A stretch of 64,000 nucleotides of DNA from Oopsacas minuta. Taxonomy: Eukaryota > Animalia > Porifera. Numbering within the stretch: position 1 is the first letter of the stretch; each line of letters opens with the position of its first letter. A program made the position numbers and the translations under genes. Below, one piece after another: positions 47,496-60,054 of this stretch. Under the pieces are notes generated by a model. It made no database searches, was not told the DNA's origin, and saw only the letters and a list, made by a program, of their open reading frames with translations. Location of the stretch: assembly GCA_024704765.1 (NCBI GenBank), contig JAKMXF010000297.1:426921-490920 (forward strand). The letters run 5' to 3'.

Positions 47496-50400
47496 TTAAG
47501 AATGGCTATGACTTGCGTTAGGAATGAAAGCATTTTTAATTGAGCTAATGACAGACTTTAACCATCGTGTTCTTTCACTCTCAGATTCTACATAGAAGGT
47601 ATGATCTTTTGATTCTTTTCCATTTCCTTCTGGAGCGAATAAATGAAAAAAATTCCGAGGTCCAGTGGTGTCACCTTCCTGTACTCGGTAGCCGAATAAG
47701 TGGAGGACATCTTCTGCAATCGTGTCTGACATTTTAGTATACACAAACAACTGAGCATTCTTCAAAACACAATACCTATAAAGCATGCATAAAACTCTAG
47801 ATATCAAAGCACAGGGAAACACGCATATTCAATTTTCTATTTCGAGACTTCGATAAAAGCAAGCATTTTGACAAATCACTTTAGATAATCAAGAATCTAT
47901 ATTAGTAAATCACAATGATTGTCTGTTTGTTTGTTTGTTTGTTTGTTTGTCCGTTGTCAAGGAAGGATTTACGGTATGCAATTTTGAAATTCTCGCACAA
48001 CTATGTATTAATCGTGTTTATCAAGGAAGTAAATAGAATTCAATAAAACTTCACTAAATTTATCGAACATGCTGAATCCGATTTTCACACTTTTGGATTA
48101 ATTATGTGTAAATCTATTGTTGTTTGTATGAAAATAAAGTAAACAACTTATCCAAATTTCAAAATATACGTATAGGTTTGCTCTAAACGGCTACCCAGGG
48201 GTAAGTAAGTACGCTAAATCCGAATTTCGTATTTTCAAGTTTCTTATATGTAAATTATTGTTGTTTTTATGAATATAAAGTAAACAAATTTCAAAATTGA
48301 GGTAGAATCATATTTTCAAAGACTATTCTATGATAATCGAGTATGCTGAGTCCGAATATGGTATTGCAAACAACATATTGTGAATATTAGTTATTTTTAT
48401 GTACATAAAGTAAACAAATTTCAAAATTGAGGTAGAATCATACTTTCAACGACTATACTGAGTCTGAATATTGTGAACAACATCAATATTATTAAATCTC
48501 AATTGTTGTTTGTCCGTTCAATACCTCGAGGCGCAATGCGCCGAGTTCATCGCGAAGCGACGAGCCAAAGACTCGTGAATATCAAACTTTGGATAGTGCA
48601 GCGTACTTTCTTGAGCAGAATATAATCTGTGAAGATCTTATTCAAATTTGCAAGTGCGGCAAGTCCAAATATAATTATTTACAACAAAAATCAGAGTCAG
48701 TAAAACAGAAAACTTAAATTCGTCATGCAGATGATATGCGATTCTAGTGAAATGCATACATTACATAATTTGTGTATACTTAAGTGAAATTACTAACCAT
48801 AAGGACACAATTAAGCTAAATATCTATGCAAGATGATAATAAACCAAGAATTGATAGTATAGATAATAGTGCTGTGATATCTATGATGGTGTTTTGGGGA
48901 TGAACTGAAATATGTTAAACCAGTCATAATAGAAATTTTAATGATAAGCTACAGCCAGTCATAATAGAAATATGTTATACAAACCGCAAATCTTAATAAG
49001 CGAAGTCGATTGTACATACTAATATCTTACCTTCTCTTCCAAGACCAGAGTCCACTACTCCTAAACAATACCCCATGCATGTCGGGTTTCTTAATAGAGA
49101 GAGCGCTGTATGCTACATTAGGCATACAGGGAGCTATAATATAATCTCGATTCTCATCCTGGTATTCTGCAGCGTCTGCCATTGCCTGAGCCCAGTTAAT
49201 CATTTGGTGTTCTGTATCACAGCTGAAGCAGTAAGGACGCCCTCCACCTTTCTTAACATTAAAAGAATAAACTCGTTTCACATCAAAAGACTTGGAAACT
49301 ACATATCCATCTAGTATGATAGCACCCAGAGCACCCTTGTCTCCTTTGCCCTTGTAATAGTACAGAATACGATCTTCTCTTAGCACAAACCTAATATATT
49401 ACAATAGTATACCCGCTGTCGTAAGATATGAATAATTGTTATGCAAAATTACATATCTAGCCAGGGGCGTGATGTTGTTTGGGGGCCATGTGCGATTCCA
49501 TTCAGAGGGGCTTTTGTGCAATAGTCGGTTCAGTCGTCCTCGGGGTCCCAAAGTGGACTCCGCATGACCCCAAAGGGGACCCAAACAGGAATCCCGCATG
49601 GAATGTATAATAAAACTAAATAAGTACTAGCTGAATTACAAGGCTCATTGGAAACGATGATTTCACCAAAATTCGAGTGTATTTACCACGCAAAAAGCTT
49701 TTGGAAGAAAAAAGAATAAATTAATAGTATACTGTGCAGTGCTTAATGTGCCAATTCTATTGTAAAAAGACTTTGTGAGATTCTAACTCAAAAGTCTCTA
49801 TTATTGTCTTCGTGTTAGAGCTACATGACAGTATATATGCTTAAGCTTTCAAGGAAATAACAAACCATCTCTTCTTCCAAGTTTTCTTCCCGTTGAGCAG
49901 ATACAAGTATCCGTCTAATAGAGGGTTGTTAGTAGGGGTACCTAGTTGTAGAGGCATACTAGGAGATTTGCTTATTGAGATACCAGCCTTTACTTTCAGT
50001 CTTAATGTGTAGTCTACTGGGATAGATAGGAGTAGTTCTACAACCTAGAAACAATTTATAATTACAAATCTCATCTATTTCACAAAACTAGAGACAATAA
50101 AATTAGAAAAATTTGGAATGAGATTTTGAATTGGAAAAGCTGGTAAAGTCTTAATCTTTATCTGGAGGGCATGTTACGCGATACTGTGATTATTATCAAG
50201 AGTGGAGTCTGAACATTCAAAATTATTACATATAGGTTCCATAAAGTCATCATATAATTATAAAACGGACATCCTTTACAATATTAAATCCAGGGAATTG
50301 GAGAAAATATTCAGGGAAACAGTTATAAGTGGTTGGTAAGTATGATATATTTACAACAGAATGTTCATTTTACTAACGAAATTTCGAATTAGAGAAGTCA

Positions 50401-53400
50401 GATAAGTATTGTAAATCGCCAAACATCTATCGATTGACAACATCACGAATAACATGCATAAATATTATTCCATATTTCCCTGAATAAGGGCCAGGGGTTA
50501 GAAAAACGTTCCTAAACTTGTAAATAATATTTTATCAACATGCTCTAGAAGAATATTTGTTGAAATTTACACCACATTTGACCAAGCAACAAATTATGAT
50601 AATTAGTTTCCTAAACCTTTTGTATTTTCCCAAAATTGAAAAAAAATTGGACGAAAATCACCCGAGGGCTATGAGCAATACAATATGTGAGAATTAAATT
50701 AGATACCCAGTGCTAATTAGATTAATGGGAATATGCTAAGAGTCAAGTTTCTATGAATATAATGAGACCTAATAACTAGGACTCAAATCTTTTGATCTAC
50801 AAATAGTAAAAGCATATCAATTATTACATAATATTACCTGTCTATGAGTGAGATTGCAGACTTCTTGGTCGTTAATAGTGATTATGATGTCTCCAGCGAT
50901 CAAACCAGCATTACTAGCTATAGATTTATCCTCTAACTCTACGACAGTATCTCCTATTCCCGCGATTCGAGATAAAGTGAAGCCATATTGAGCTTGAGTG
51001 CGAAGAATGCACACCTGCAAGAGTATCAGGTTTTAATAGAGCAACTAATTAAGTAACAATTAGAAATTTATTATCCGAAATAGAAGCTATTATGGAGTTC
51101 TTGCCCTTGTGATCTGTATAATTGAGAAATAATTATATATAATGATACTCTCGTGCATTGAATTCCACAACTGGATGATTTGTTCTCAAATAATTATCTT
51201 TTTCAATAATATCAAATTCAATTAAGACACTTCAAGTACGTATTACAAATAGCCACCAGGTGTTGTTTTGTTATATTATTAATTAATTAATATTGATTTG
51301 CACAGTAATATGACAAGGTTACAAAAATGGAATTCTACACTTATCAAATACAGTCAAACTGCTTAACGGCCATCTCTGTATAACGGTCACCTAAAAACAT
51401 TCCCCTCCGATTTAGCATTATAATGACCTCTCTATAACAGCCACTATTTTTGGTCTCTTGCTAGCGCAAAACCTCTATTCAACGGCCACCTTTGGCCAGT
51501 CCCTTCGGTGGCCGTTATAGACAAGTTTGACTGTATAAATCATCACTTAATATGTATTCAAATTGAAGGATAAACATGAACATAAATATACAAAATTGAC
51601 AATCAGCTTAAGTACACAGACTCACCAAACTTTCATATATGGATGATATATTAATTAATTAAATAAAGTAATCGTTTTCCGCGAATGTGATGATTATATG
51701 CAAGTGCTGTGGATATATACAGACGTATTGTATAGATCTATGTTGATTAGAGATAAGTTGAATCATAGGAGATATCCACAAATAAAGTTGTCAAACATTC
51801 GATCATCTGAAACAATATTTATATTCAAAGTATCCACATATTATTTCGCAGTTTTGCATAAATGAAAGAAGGGAAAAATATTGGGGATTACAATTCAGGG
51901 ATAATTGATAGGTATGTGCACGACGGCCATATATATACTCGGCACTTCGTGCCTCGGATTTAGCCTAAAGTTATAACACTAAATTTTCTTATCGTAAAGC
52001 GGATGTTTTCCTTAGCCTAATTAATAATTTAATATTGTACTTCAAACCAAAATAAATATACTACGTACTATAGTTTCTATCTAAACTGACCTAGTGTACT
52101 CTAAACCTAAACCCTGTTGTACATCGGAATGTAACGTAAGTAATTGTTCCTACCCATTATTACATGTACTAGAAATATGGGAATAAACGAAGAAACCACC
52201 TTTTGTATAATAAAATTTTTGATATTTAGCTTTATAGTACAAATATATAATTCCTAGAAATAATTAAAATAAGATATCAACACAGAATTATTTGAATTAT
52301 TTAAAAAATAATGATATTATGTAATAACATTAATTATAGCCATTATAGTCGAATCAGCTTTATCGGATACTCAAGGAGTTAAGCTACGGATTCATGCAAG
52401 AGTATACGAACCTACATAATTTCGTAAGAAAAACCATGGGTAATAGGTATGAGCAAGCTGACATAGGAAACTAATAGAGAATACTCAGGGAGACTTTCAA
52501 GGAAGGATTCCGAACCAGCCCATATAGGTATAACGCAAAAATAATAGTTATTCGAAAACTCAGCTTAATTGGGACAAATTCAAAGGAAAAGGGTTCTAAT
52601 AATCAGATTCAACTGTGTTTCTCTAAAGCGATAATGTAATTGTTACTGTTTTCCTTTCTCATATAATGGCCATGCTTATATCTACAAACCAGATTTGGAA
52701 CTGGGTTCGGGTTCGATGTTGTTCATTTCGGACTTAGCAAATTGTGAATTACAGTCATAACATTCTAATTGTTGAAATTATTCATTTAAAATGCAGAAAA
52801 AAATATCAACAGAAGTCTAAACTCTTCATATATCATATGGAACTCACTAGAGGTCTAGAGCAGTGATTCTCATTTCTCAACAACGGGCCGAAATTGAGGT
52901 CTTTTAATGTTACTAACTTTAATGACATTAAATTTTACCCGAATCCTTAATTGGACCTCAATTCTGGTAAATTAAAATCCTGTAAATGGACATTTTAATG
53001 TTACAAGCGTGCTTTGCTTGCTAGGTTGCTTCACGACGCGAGGCGCCTGCATAATAATCGCTTCAAAAATTCAGAAAAACTCCGTTGGTGGGGTAGCAAG
53101 GGATTGAAAATTGTACAACTATGATGAGTCGCGAACCACTGGCCCAGAGAGGATTTTGAGTTATTATCTACACTTATATACACTTCGGGTTCTTGGGTTG
53201 GGTTGGGTTGGGTTGGATAGGGCTTTGAAAAGTGGACCGGATTCCTCCTCTGCTAGAAACAAAGAAATAAACTTCTGCTGTCATCATTGATGACCCAAGA
53301 TGGCTTCAAGTATTATTACCAAGTTAGCATATCAACAATTGGGGACACTGCATTTGTTCGAATTAGCACATTATCATCTGTTCGAAATACGAGCTTTCTA

Positions 53401-56400
53401 TTTTTTGGGCTAATATATTCCTATGCTGTCATTTGTTGGGCTAATATAATCCTATGCTGTCATTTGTTGGGCTAATATAATCCTATGCTGTCATTTGTTC
53501 GTTATCAAGAGTGAAACTCTATATAATGAGTTTAACACATTTAACCGATATATTGCAGACACGGCTGAAGCAATAGATATCATTTCCCTAGATGCTTCCC
53601 AATTCTTTGGGGGCAAACAAAGACCTAGTTGCAAATTGCAATACCTCCAGGTCTGATTTGTGTTGTTAACTCACTCACAACCCACTCATTCAACTCATTC
53701 AAGAAAATGAGTTGATACAGCCCTGCCCTCTCACTTTAGTGTATACATGTTTGTGTTAATGCTTCATAATGTAGTTACAGTTCAAATCATATTACTAGTG
53801 TGAAATATTATGAAATAGTATTTAAACATTTACGTACCTCTCTAAGGTTATTTATAACTGAAGATCTGGGTTCCATTGATTTAGAGAAATTTTCCTTTTC
53901 TTTGTGTTTAGATCTGAAGCTACTCCGCATGCGGTAGAGAGTATCCCAGCCAGAAGAACCCAACATCTCTAAACTGTCACTATCATACTCCTCAGAATCC
54001 TGACCTGATACCCCAGACATGTAACTAGCTTGTCTCCGGTGTAAATTCTCCTCTGTTAATGTACACTCTAGTTTACAAGAAGATTCTAAAGTCTTCCGAG
54101 GAGATCTAGGACTCTCAGTATGAGGAGGGATAATATCTGAATATTTTTTGCGAGGAGAACTATCATAATTCACAATGTTGTTTGTGTCGTATGCAATGAA
54201 TCCATGGTCAGAGCTATAGAAATAATATTAACATAACATATAGCAATAATCAATACTGGCCCACTACACATTAATCGGTACAATAATAATCATACGATAG
54301 AACTCGGTTAGTACGTGCTCGGCTCAATACATCCTCTCTCAGTCTCTGTTAGTACGTACATTTATCCAAAATTATCAATTCTTGTACTAATTGTATCGAA
54401 TAATATGTAAGTACTTCAGGTATGTACTAAATTTTGTTCCCCGAGGAGGTACGTGTTCTTCGAGTTCCACTGCAAATATCTTAAATATAATAATCCTACC
54501 GATAAGGAGAAGGGATAGAATCTTGTAATGGAGACGAGTGCTCGCATAGAGTTGAGTGAGAATTTTTTCGATCTTCTGAGTATTTGTTAGAAGTTACACT
54601 TGTAGAGATACGGGGAGCAGCGGAAGCTGTTCGTCTGAAATGTTAAAAAGATAGAAATAAAAACTAATTTGTTGAGGAACAAATCAACATTGTATATTCG
54701 ATAATAATTTGAAAATGTTGCTTATAGAGTAGTTAATCTTGGTCCTGAAAGTTATGGAAAACATGAAGTCCTATAAGCCAGAGTGGATGCATAGAGATAT
54801 CTAAGCGGAATTAACTAAGCGTAGGCAATTGTATGTAATTACAGTAGTATATAACAAAAGGTGACAGAGTATCCTACAACCACACAGCGGCGAGGCTAGG
54901 GGGCTAAGCCCCACAAATAGAAATTTAGCCCCACTCAACTACTCAATTTTTTGGATATTCTCTTAACTAATTAAAAATATAATATATCATCTATAACAAA
55001 TTTCTTTTTTGCAGAGCAAGCCCCCAGACTCGCTCGAACAATACACAGTTCCTAGCGGCCAGATTTCTGGATCCGCTAGCCAACTGGTTTTGCTCCATGC
55101 CTCGGAGCTACAGCCCCCTCAAACAAGAAAGGCAAGCCTCGCGCCAGCAAGCGCCCATATACAACTTAAGACGTTCTACCTCTAATTAATTAAGAGTGTT
55201 AGACAATTCAAGAGCAAGGAGAATATATTAGGCCCCTCATAACATCGTAATCTAATCTGAATATACAATACAATAAATTAGCAACGATATGACATATCAT
55301 GCAATATAAGGAATTATGTAAAACATAACCATCTCTGTCAGTTACTAAATGCTGTAGTGTGACGAATGTATTTATTGATCAAAGAAGCAGTAAATCCCGT
55401 TTACAACACCTGAAACCAATATCTTATATTTGATACCTAATCACATGAATATGCTGTTGGTATGCAACTACAGTAGAACTCAGTTAGTACGCTAAATTTG
55501 ATTACCAAGGGGGCACGTCCATTCCGAGATCTACTCTAATATACAAGTCACCTGAATTGTAGTCCGGGGAGAGCAGAAAGAGAAACTCCAGTACATGACG
55601 TGTCGGTCAGTTGGTTCTGTTTAATCGAAGAGTTCTCCATGTTGTGTATACAAAGCTGGTCAATATCTGAGAGAGTGTGGGTTTGAGGCTTTTGCTCAAG
55701 GCCAAGTCCTGAATCATTCCGGTAGAATCCAAGTTTTTCCGGTCGCTGTCCCGTGCTAGAGTTAGAGCTGGCTGTTGAGCGTTGCGTACTGAGACCAGAG
55801 TCCTGTGGGCGTGTACAAGAAATAAGAAACGAGAGGGGAGAAGTATCCATTATTAATTGCTAATGTAGAACATTAAATACAAATTGCAGGCTATTGATAA
55901 AATCACAGTATATGAACTTTTGAATGAGCACAGCAAAGCGCATTGACAGGCTTAATGGAATGTTCTGCGATTAGGCAATTAGGATTCAAATGGAATCATG
56001 CAATTGTTAGAATAATTAGCATCCTATAAATACTGGTACCATTTAACTGGATTTGTGTAAGAATAATTTCAAATATTTGGATTCCTCGAAAACAATATTT
56101 TTGGACACCCCATGAAGTTGACGAAATTAGTAATGAATTTAAGAGATAGCATAGAAATACATCGCTTATAGAAATAAGCATACATTCCACATATCTATAG
56201 AATGTTACCATAGAAGTTGTAGGACGGTGAATGAAATTATGAACTTCTATTTAAACAGTAAAACAGCTATCAATAACAAAATCATACCTGAGAAGCTGTC
56301 CTATGACAAGTCTTTTTCTCTGGAATACCAGGAGACTTAGGAAGTTCTGTTTTGGAGTTATGAGGCAATCTGTAAGGGGGCAGTACAGGGCTGGGGGAGC

Positions 56401-56518
56401 TGAGGTTAGCTACCAAATCTATATTCTGTCTGTTGGGTACGTGCATAGGATGATAGGCAGGCGTCTGTTTATACTGAGTAAGAGATGTATCTGTAGTGAC
56501 GTTATTGTAATCCATCAT
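47496..56518 (-). CDS. PDZ + tandem PH-PH domain protein with long Ser/Pro-rich N-terminus (PDZPH1-like architecture), 8 exons, about 681 aa
   Basis: Exons 56518-56288, 55859-55552, 54634-54500, 54213-53838, 51014-50838, 50044-49866, 49390-49031, 47775-47496, all phases compatible. PDZ (QYGFTL...IASNAGLIAGDIIITINDQEV), PH1 (DGYLY..KKTWKKRWFVL..LYYYK), PH2 (HGVLF...WKRRYCVL..LFVY...ERTRWL). Confidence 0.8.
47896..48575 (+). mobile_element. Non-autonomous Helitron-like element with CTCG 3' end, copy B (last intron of PDZ-PH gene)
   Basis: A|TCTATATTA 5' end, (GTTT)6 at 47925-47948, three internal subrepeats (taaagtaaacaa...), hairpins GAGGCGCAATGCGCCGAG and TCGCGAAGCGA, CTCG|T end. Confidence 0.75.
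51351..51533. mobile_element. CAGTCAAACT-family MITE with TA TSD
   Basis: TA|CAGTCAAACTGCTTAACGGCCA ... TGGCCGTTATAGACAAGTTTGACTG|TA. Confidence 0.85.
53407..53499. repeat. 31-bp tandem repeat x3
   Basis: gggctaatata(a/t)tcctatgctgtcatttgtt three times with no spacers. Confidence 0.95.
54295..54472. mobile_element. CAGTAGAACTCG-family MITE in PDZ-PH intron 3
   Basis: ...TAGAACTCGGTTAGTACG ... CGAGTTCCACTG. Internal identity with the eRF1 intron 3 copy. Confidence 0.6.
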
Positions 56519-57119
56519 ATTCCAATTTAATTAAGCAATTCTAATTTCTGCAACTTAAATATGGATAATGAAGCCTGAGTTTGCTTACTTTGTTATTAGA
56601 ATACCAACTTAGCACTTCAATTGTTCAAGTACTATATTTAGCATTCTATGTTTCAGGATAATCATGTTAAATTGCTCCCTAGAATGATCCAATTTAATTC
56701 AATGAAAAACACAAAAGATATCGAATACCTATTTGAGGTATGTATTAGGAATTTAATTTGCTAATACGTACGTGTGTGATATGCAACTAAACACTGATAA
56801 TGTATTTTAAGCAGGTATTTAAGGATTGTAAACTTTAGCCTAGCTATAGCAAAGGTGAATTCCAATAATACATGCACCCAAATATTAGCTAATTAATTAA
56901 CTCCTTTCAAGTAAAGTTCATCTAAACAGTACAACAATGTTGTCGTATTAGATATTAATGTGTACTGATAGTTTCAGTGTATTATCTCGATCTATACACT
57001 ACTCGCTTACTCACAATATATTTAGCTGTAGAAAATATATTTCCGTTGCAATTGAAAGAAATTACACAACAACTACAAATGATAATAACTACATCTCATG
57101 TATACTGAATAGATTATTA

Positions 57120-59531
57120 TCACAATATATGTCTTATCAGTTCTGGGGATCGCTTAGCTAGTACATCCAGAATTTTCATTTTAATAGAATATCCTGATCC
57201 GGGAAGGATTCCGACAACACTTTTGATATTAGCGAGATGAGCTGAGTGGATAGATTCCGGAGGATCTGAATAGAGATTAGCCTCCCAGCACTCTAATGCT
57301 TGATCCATGTGAGCTTGATAGTATAGACAGAATCCTATGTTGTTCATAGCTGATGAACATGGGGAAAGTTCTAGAACTCTTCTGAAGGTTTGTTCAGCTT
57401 GAGAGAAACGTCTTTCTGCGATCTCTAATAAACCACAAGCCATTAAGTAGCGAGGATATTGTTCAGGATTCTCTAGATTATCCTTAGCAATTTGTAACTC
57501 TTGAGTAGCAGCAGGAATGTTGCCGACGAGAATGTAAATCTAATAATAACTATCAATAAATATCACAATGTAGAAATTGTATACGAATAAGTTACATAGA
57601 TACAAGAATGCTCAATTGGTATTCACAGCTTTGTAGGAGATTAATAGAATTCAAGTGAAATATTTCCATCAATTCTCTGAATAAAATAGAGTAGGACCTG
57701 CATCCAAGGCCTCCTGGGTGCTCAACCCACTTACATTGACGGCGCTCTAAATATGGATATGGAGATGGGGCAAAGCCAAAAGGCCAATCAAAATGTTGAA
57801 TAAATATTCGCACAATCAAAATCGTGTTATATAACTTATATTACCCACTTATGCCAGATTTGCATCCAAAAAATAAATATCATCGATATCCTATGGCTAA
57901 GGCATCCGGCATATCAATTTGAATATATAGGAAGATGGCAGTGTAAAGCTAGCGTCGTCACTTCACCTATTACCATTATAAATATTAGACAGAGCTACAA
58001 TATAACACTTAAATTGCAAGAGGACACCTCTTTCATCAAAGCTGGCGCCAGCCATTACTCTTGAATATTAAACAAAATCAAAAAAGATATATTTTGTAGA
58101 GTACACAGTACTATGATATATAGCTATAGCTTACCCTACTCTTAATGATAGAACAATCTGCTAACATAGCAGGCTGTTCCTTAGCCATGTTAGAGAATAT
58201 TAGTCTAGCGTTATAATAGTCCTTCAAGGAAACGAAAGTGCTCCCAATAGCTAGAAAAATTCTGTTAATCCTCTTTTGCCAGAGATTGATACCTTTAGAT
58301 TTTGCAAGTTCTGAAGCCTCCAATCCAAGAATGTGTTGTTTAACTCTCTGTGCAGTGTGTAATAGAAAGTAAAGCCTGTCTAGAGAACGTCTGTGTTGTC
58401 CTAGCAAATGTGGGAGAGATGAGTATAAGAGTACAAGCCCGAAAGGTACCATCCAACCACATTTGCCTCCATACCTATAACATCAATAAACAAATAATAG
58501 CAGTTTTAAGAAATTACATATTTAAGAGCTTTTTTCAATTTCAGGATTTTAATAAAATTAATTAAATCCACAAATAAATTAAAATTCAAAAAAATTATTT
58601 AATTATTCATTAATTAGAAATTGTAAGCAATCATAATATGTACCTGTCAGGATAGAATTCAAAATACATATCAGGTCTGTCAAAGTTAGAACCTGCTAGT
58701 GCCTCTATCTCATCCTCCAGTTCCCGTTTCAATCCCAACTTAAGCATAAGGCTGAATCTAGCTAACCACATCTGTAGAATTAGTGGAGAATACTCTACGT
58801 TGTTCTGTTTAGCACTGACAGAGCGTGTTTGTAGAATGAGGTCACGAGTTAGATGTAGTGCGTCAATATAGTTACCTACCCCTACTAGCTTCTCCAGCCC
58901 TCCAGATGTCACCTCTACTTCAGCGAGACAGATGCGGGGTTGATAACCTACTCTGATGTCATAGTCTGTCAGTCTGGATTCAATCTTGTGAGGAGCAATT
59001 GATTCATGACAGGTCAGGTCTTGAGGAATAGGATGCTGGTTTATGTACTTTCTCTGAGAATAATTGAATAAAGATTACCGCTTACCAAGTAATTCTATAT
59101 TGTATATACTAATACTCTTACCTGTTGCATAGCCTCTCTGGTGACAACTCCAGGAATCCATAGTGTAGAGTATATACTGTATTCGTCAGCAGTGAGCATG
59201 AAGTGAGGACATGTAGCATATTTATCACTCTTATTTGTGTGTATATTCTCATCATCAGAGCCAGAATCATGCGATGAGGGAGATACATCGGTTGGTATTA
59301 GTAAGCATTCTTGATTACTGTCTTGAATAGCGTCAGGAATAGTCATCATGGTATCTAGTTCCTCCAATTCAGATGTTGTCCTAACAATAGGAAGACTAGG
59401 CTTAGAAACAGGGTCTTCCTCATCAAGAGGATGTGTATCTGTTATCTCTGGGGTGTTAACATCAGAAAGGGGTAGCAAACCTTCTTTTGAAGGTGACGTT
59501 AGGATCACATCGGATTCTTGATCTCCATTGC
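57120..59531 (-). CDS. TRAPPC12: Trafficking protein particle complex subunit 12 (TTC15/TRAMM), 4 exons; 5' coding part probably supplied by the upstream EF-hand exons
   Basis: Exons 59531-59122, 59053-58644, 58474-58135, 57539-57120. LWIPG..TR, GLEKLV...LQMWLARFSLMLKLGL...[30 protein letters not shown], C-terminal TPRs (AMNNIGFCLYY). Confidence 0.88.
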
Positions 59532-59860
59532 CTACTAAAGAGGATTTTTTAAAATAAAAACGTAGTAATAATCAGAATTTCCTTACAATTTCAAACAATA
59601 GCATAGAATTCTGGTCAGTTTGAAAACTAAATCTTTACACAATTTCTAAACACAAGTATACAGTCCAACCTCCGAATCCGGAATTCCAAGATCCGGCACC
59701 ATTTTCCAAAAGGTTTGAAATTAATTTGACCATTTTCAGTTAATTTTCCTTTTAAGAGAGTTGTCTTTAGTTGTACATTTAATTTAATTTTGTAACTGAA
59801 AACCGTAAAACATCTAGCTACGTAATTCAAAAGCATTTCGAAATTTATCTTTTAAATATG

Positions 59861-59928
59861 CAGTAGATTCCGGTTATAAGAACATTATATGCAATTCCTG
59901 ACGATGTTCTTATAACCGGCATTCACTG
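59861..59928. mobile_element. 68-bp palindromic mini-MITE
   Basis: CAGTAGATTCCGGTTATAAGAACAT-18 nt-ATGTTCTTATAACCGGCATTCACTG. Matches both ends of the 36296-36625 element. Confidence 0.75.
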
Positions 59929-60054
59929 TGCTAATTTGATCTACTATAGAGTTATCGTTATTTCTGAGGCATCCTCCGGACGAGATTGCGCGGATCTCAA
60001 AGGTTCTGCCGTATCGAATTGATTAAATATTAATTAACATCGTATTATAAGAAA

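Noticed and set aside
53407-53499. 31-bp repeats as a CRISPR array
   Set aside because: Units are directly adjacent with no spacers, the context is a eukaryotic intron and there are no cas genes.
1888-59531. Functional cluster of trafficking and autophagy genes (COG8, WDR45, PLD3, TRAPPC12)
   Set aside because: They are widely spaced and interleaved with unrelated genes, and such categories are common enough to co-occur by chance.
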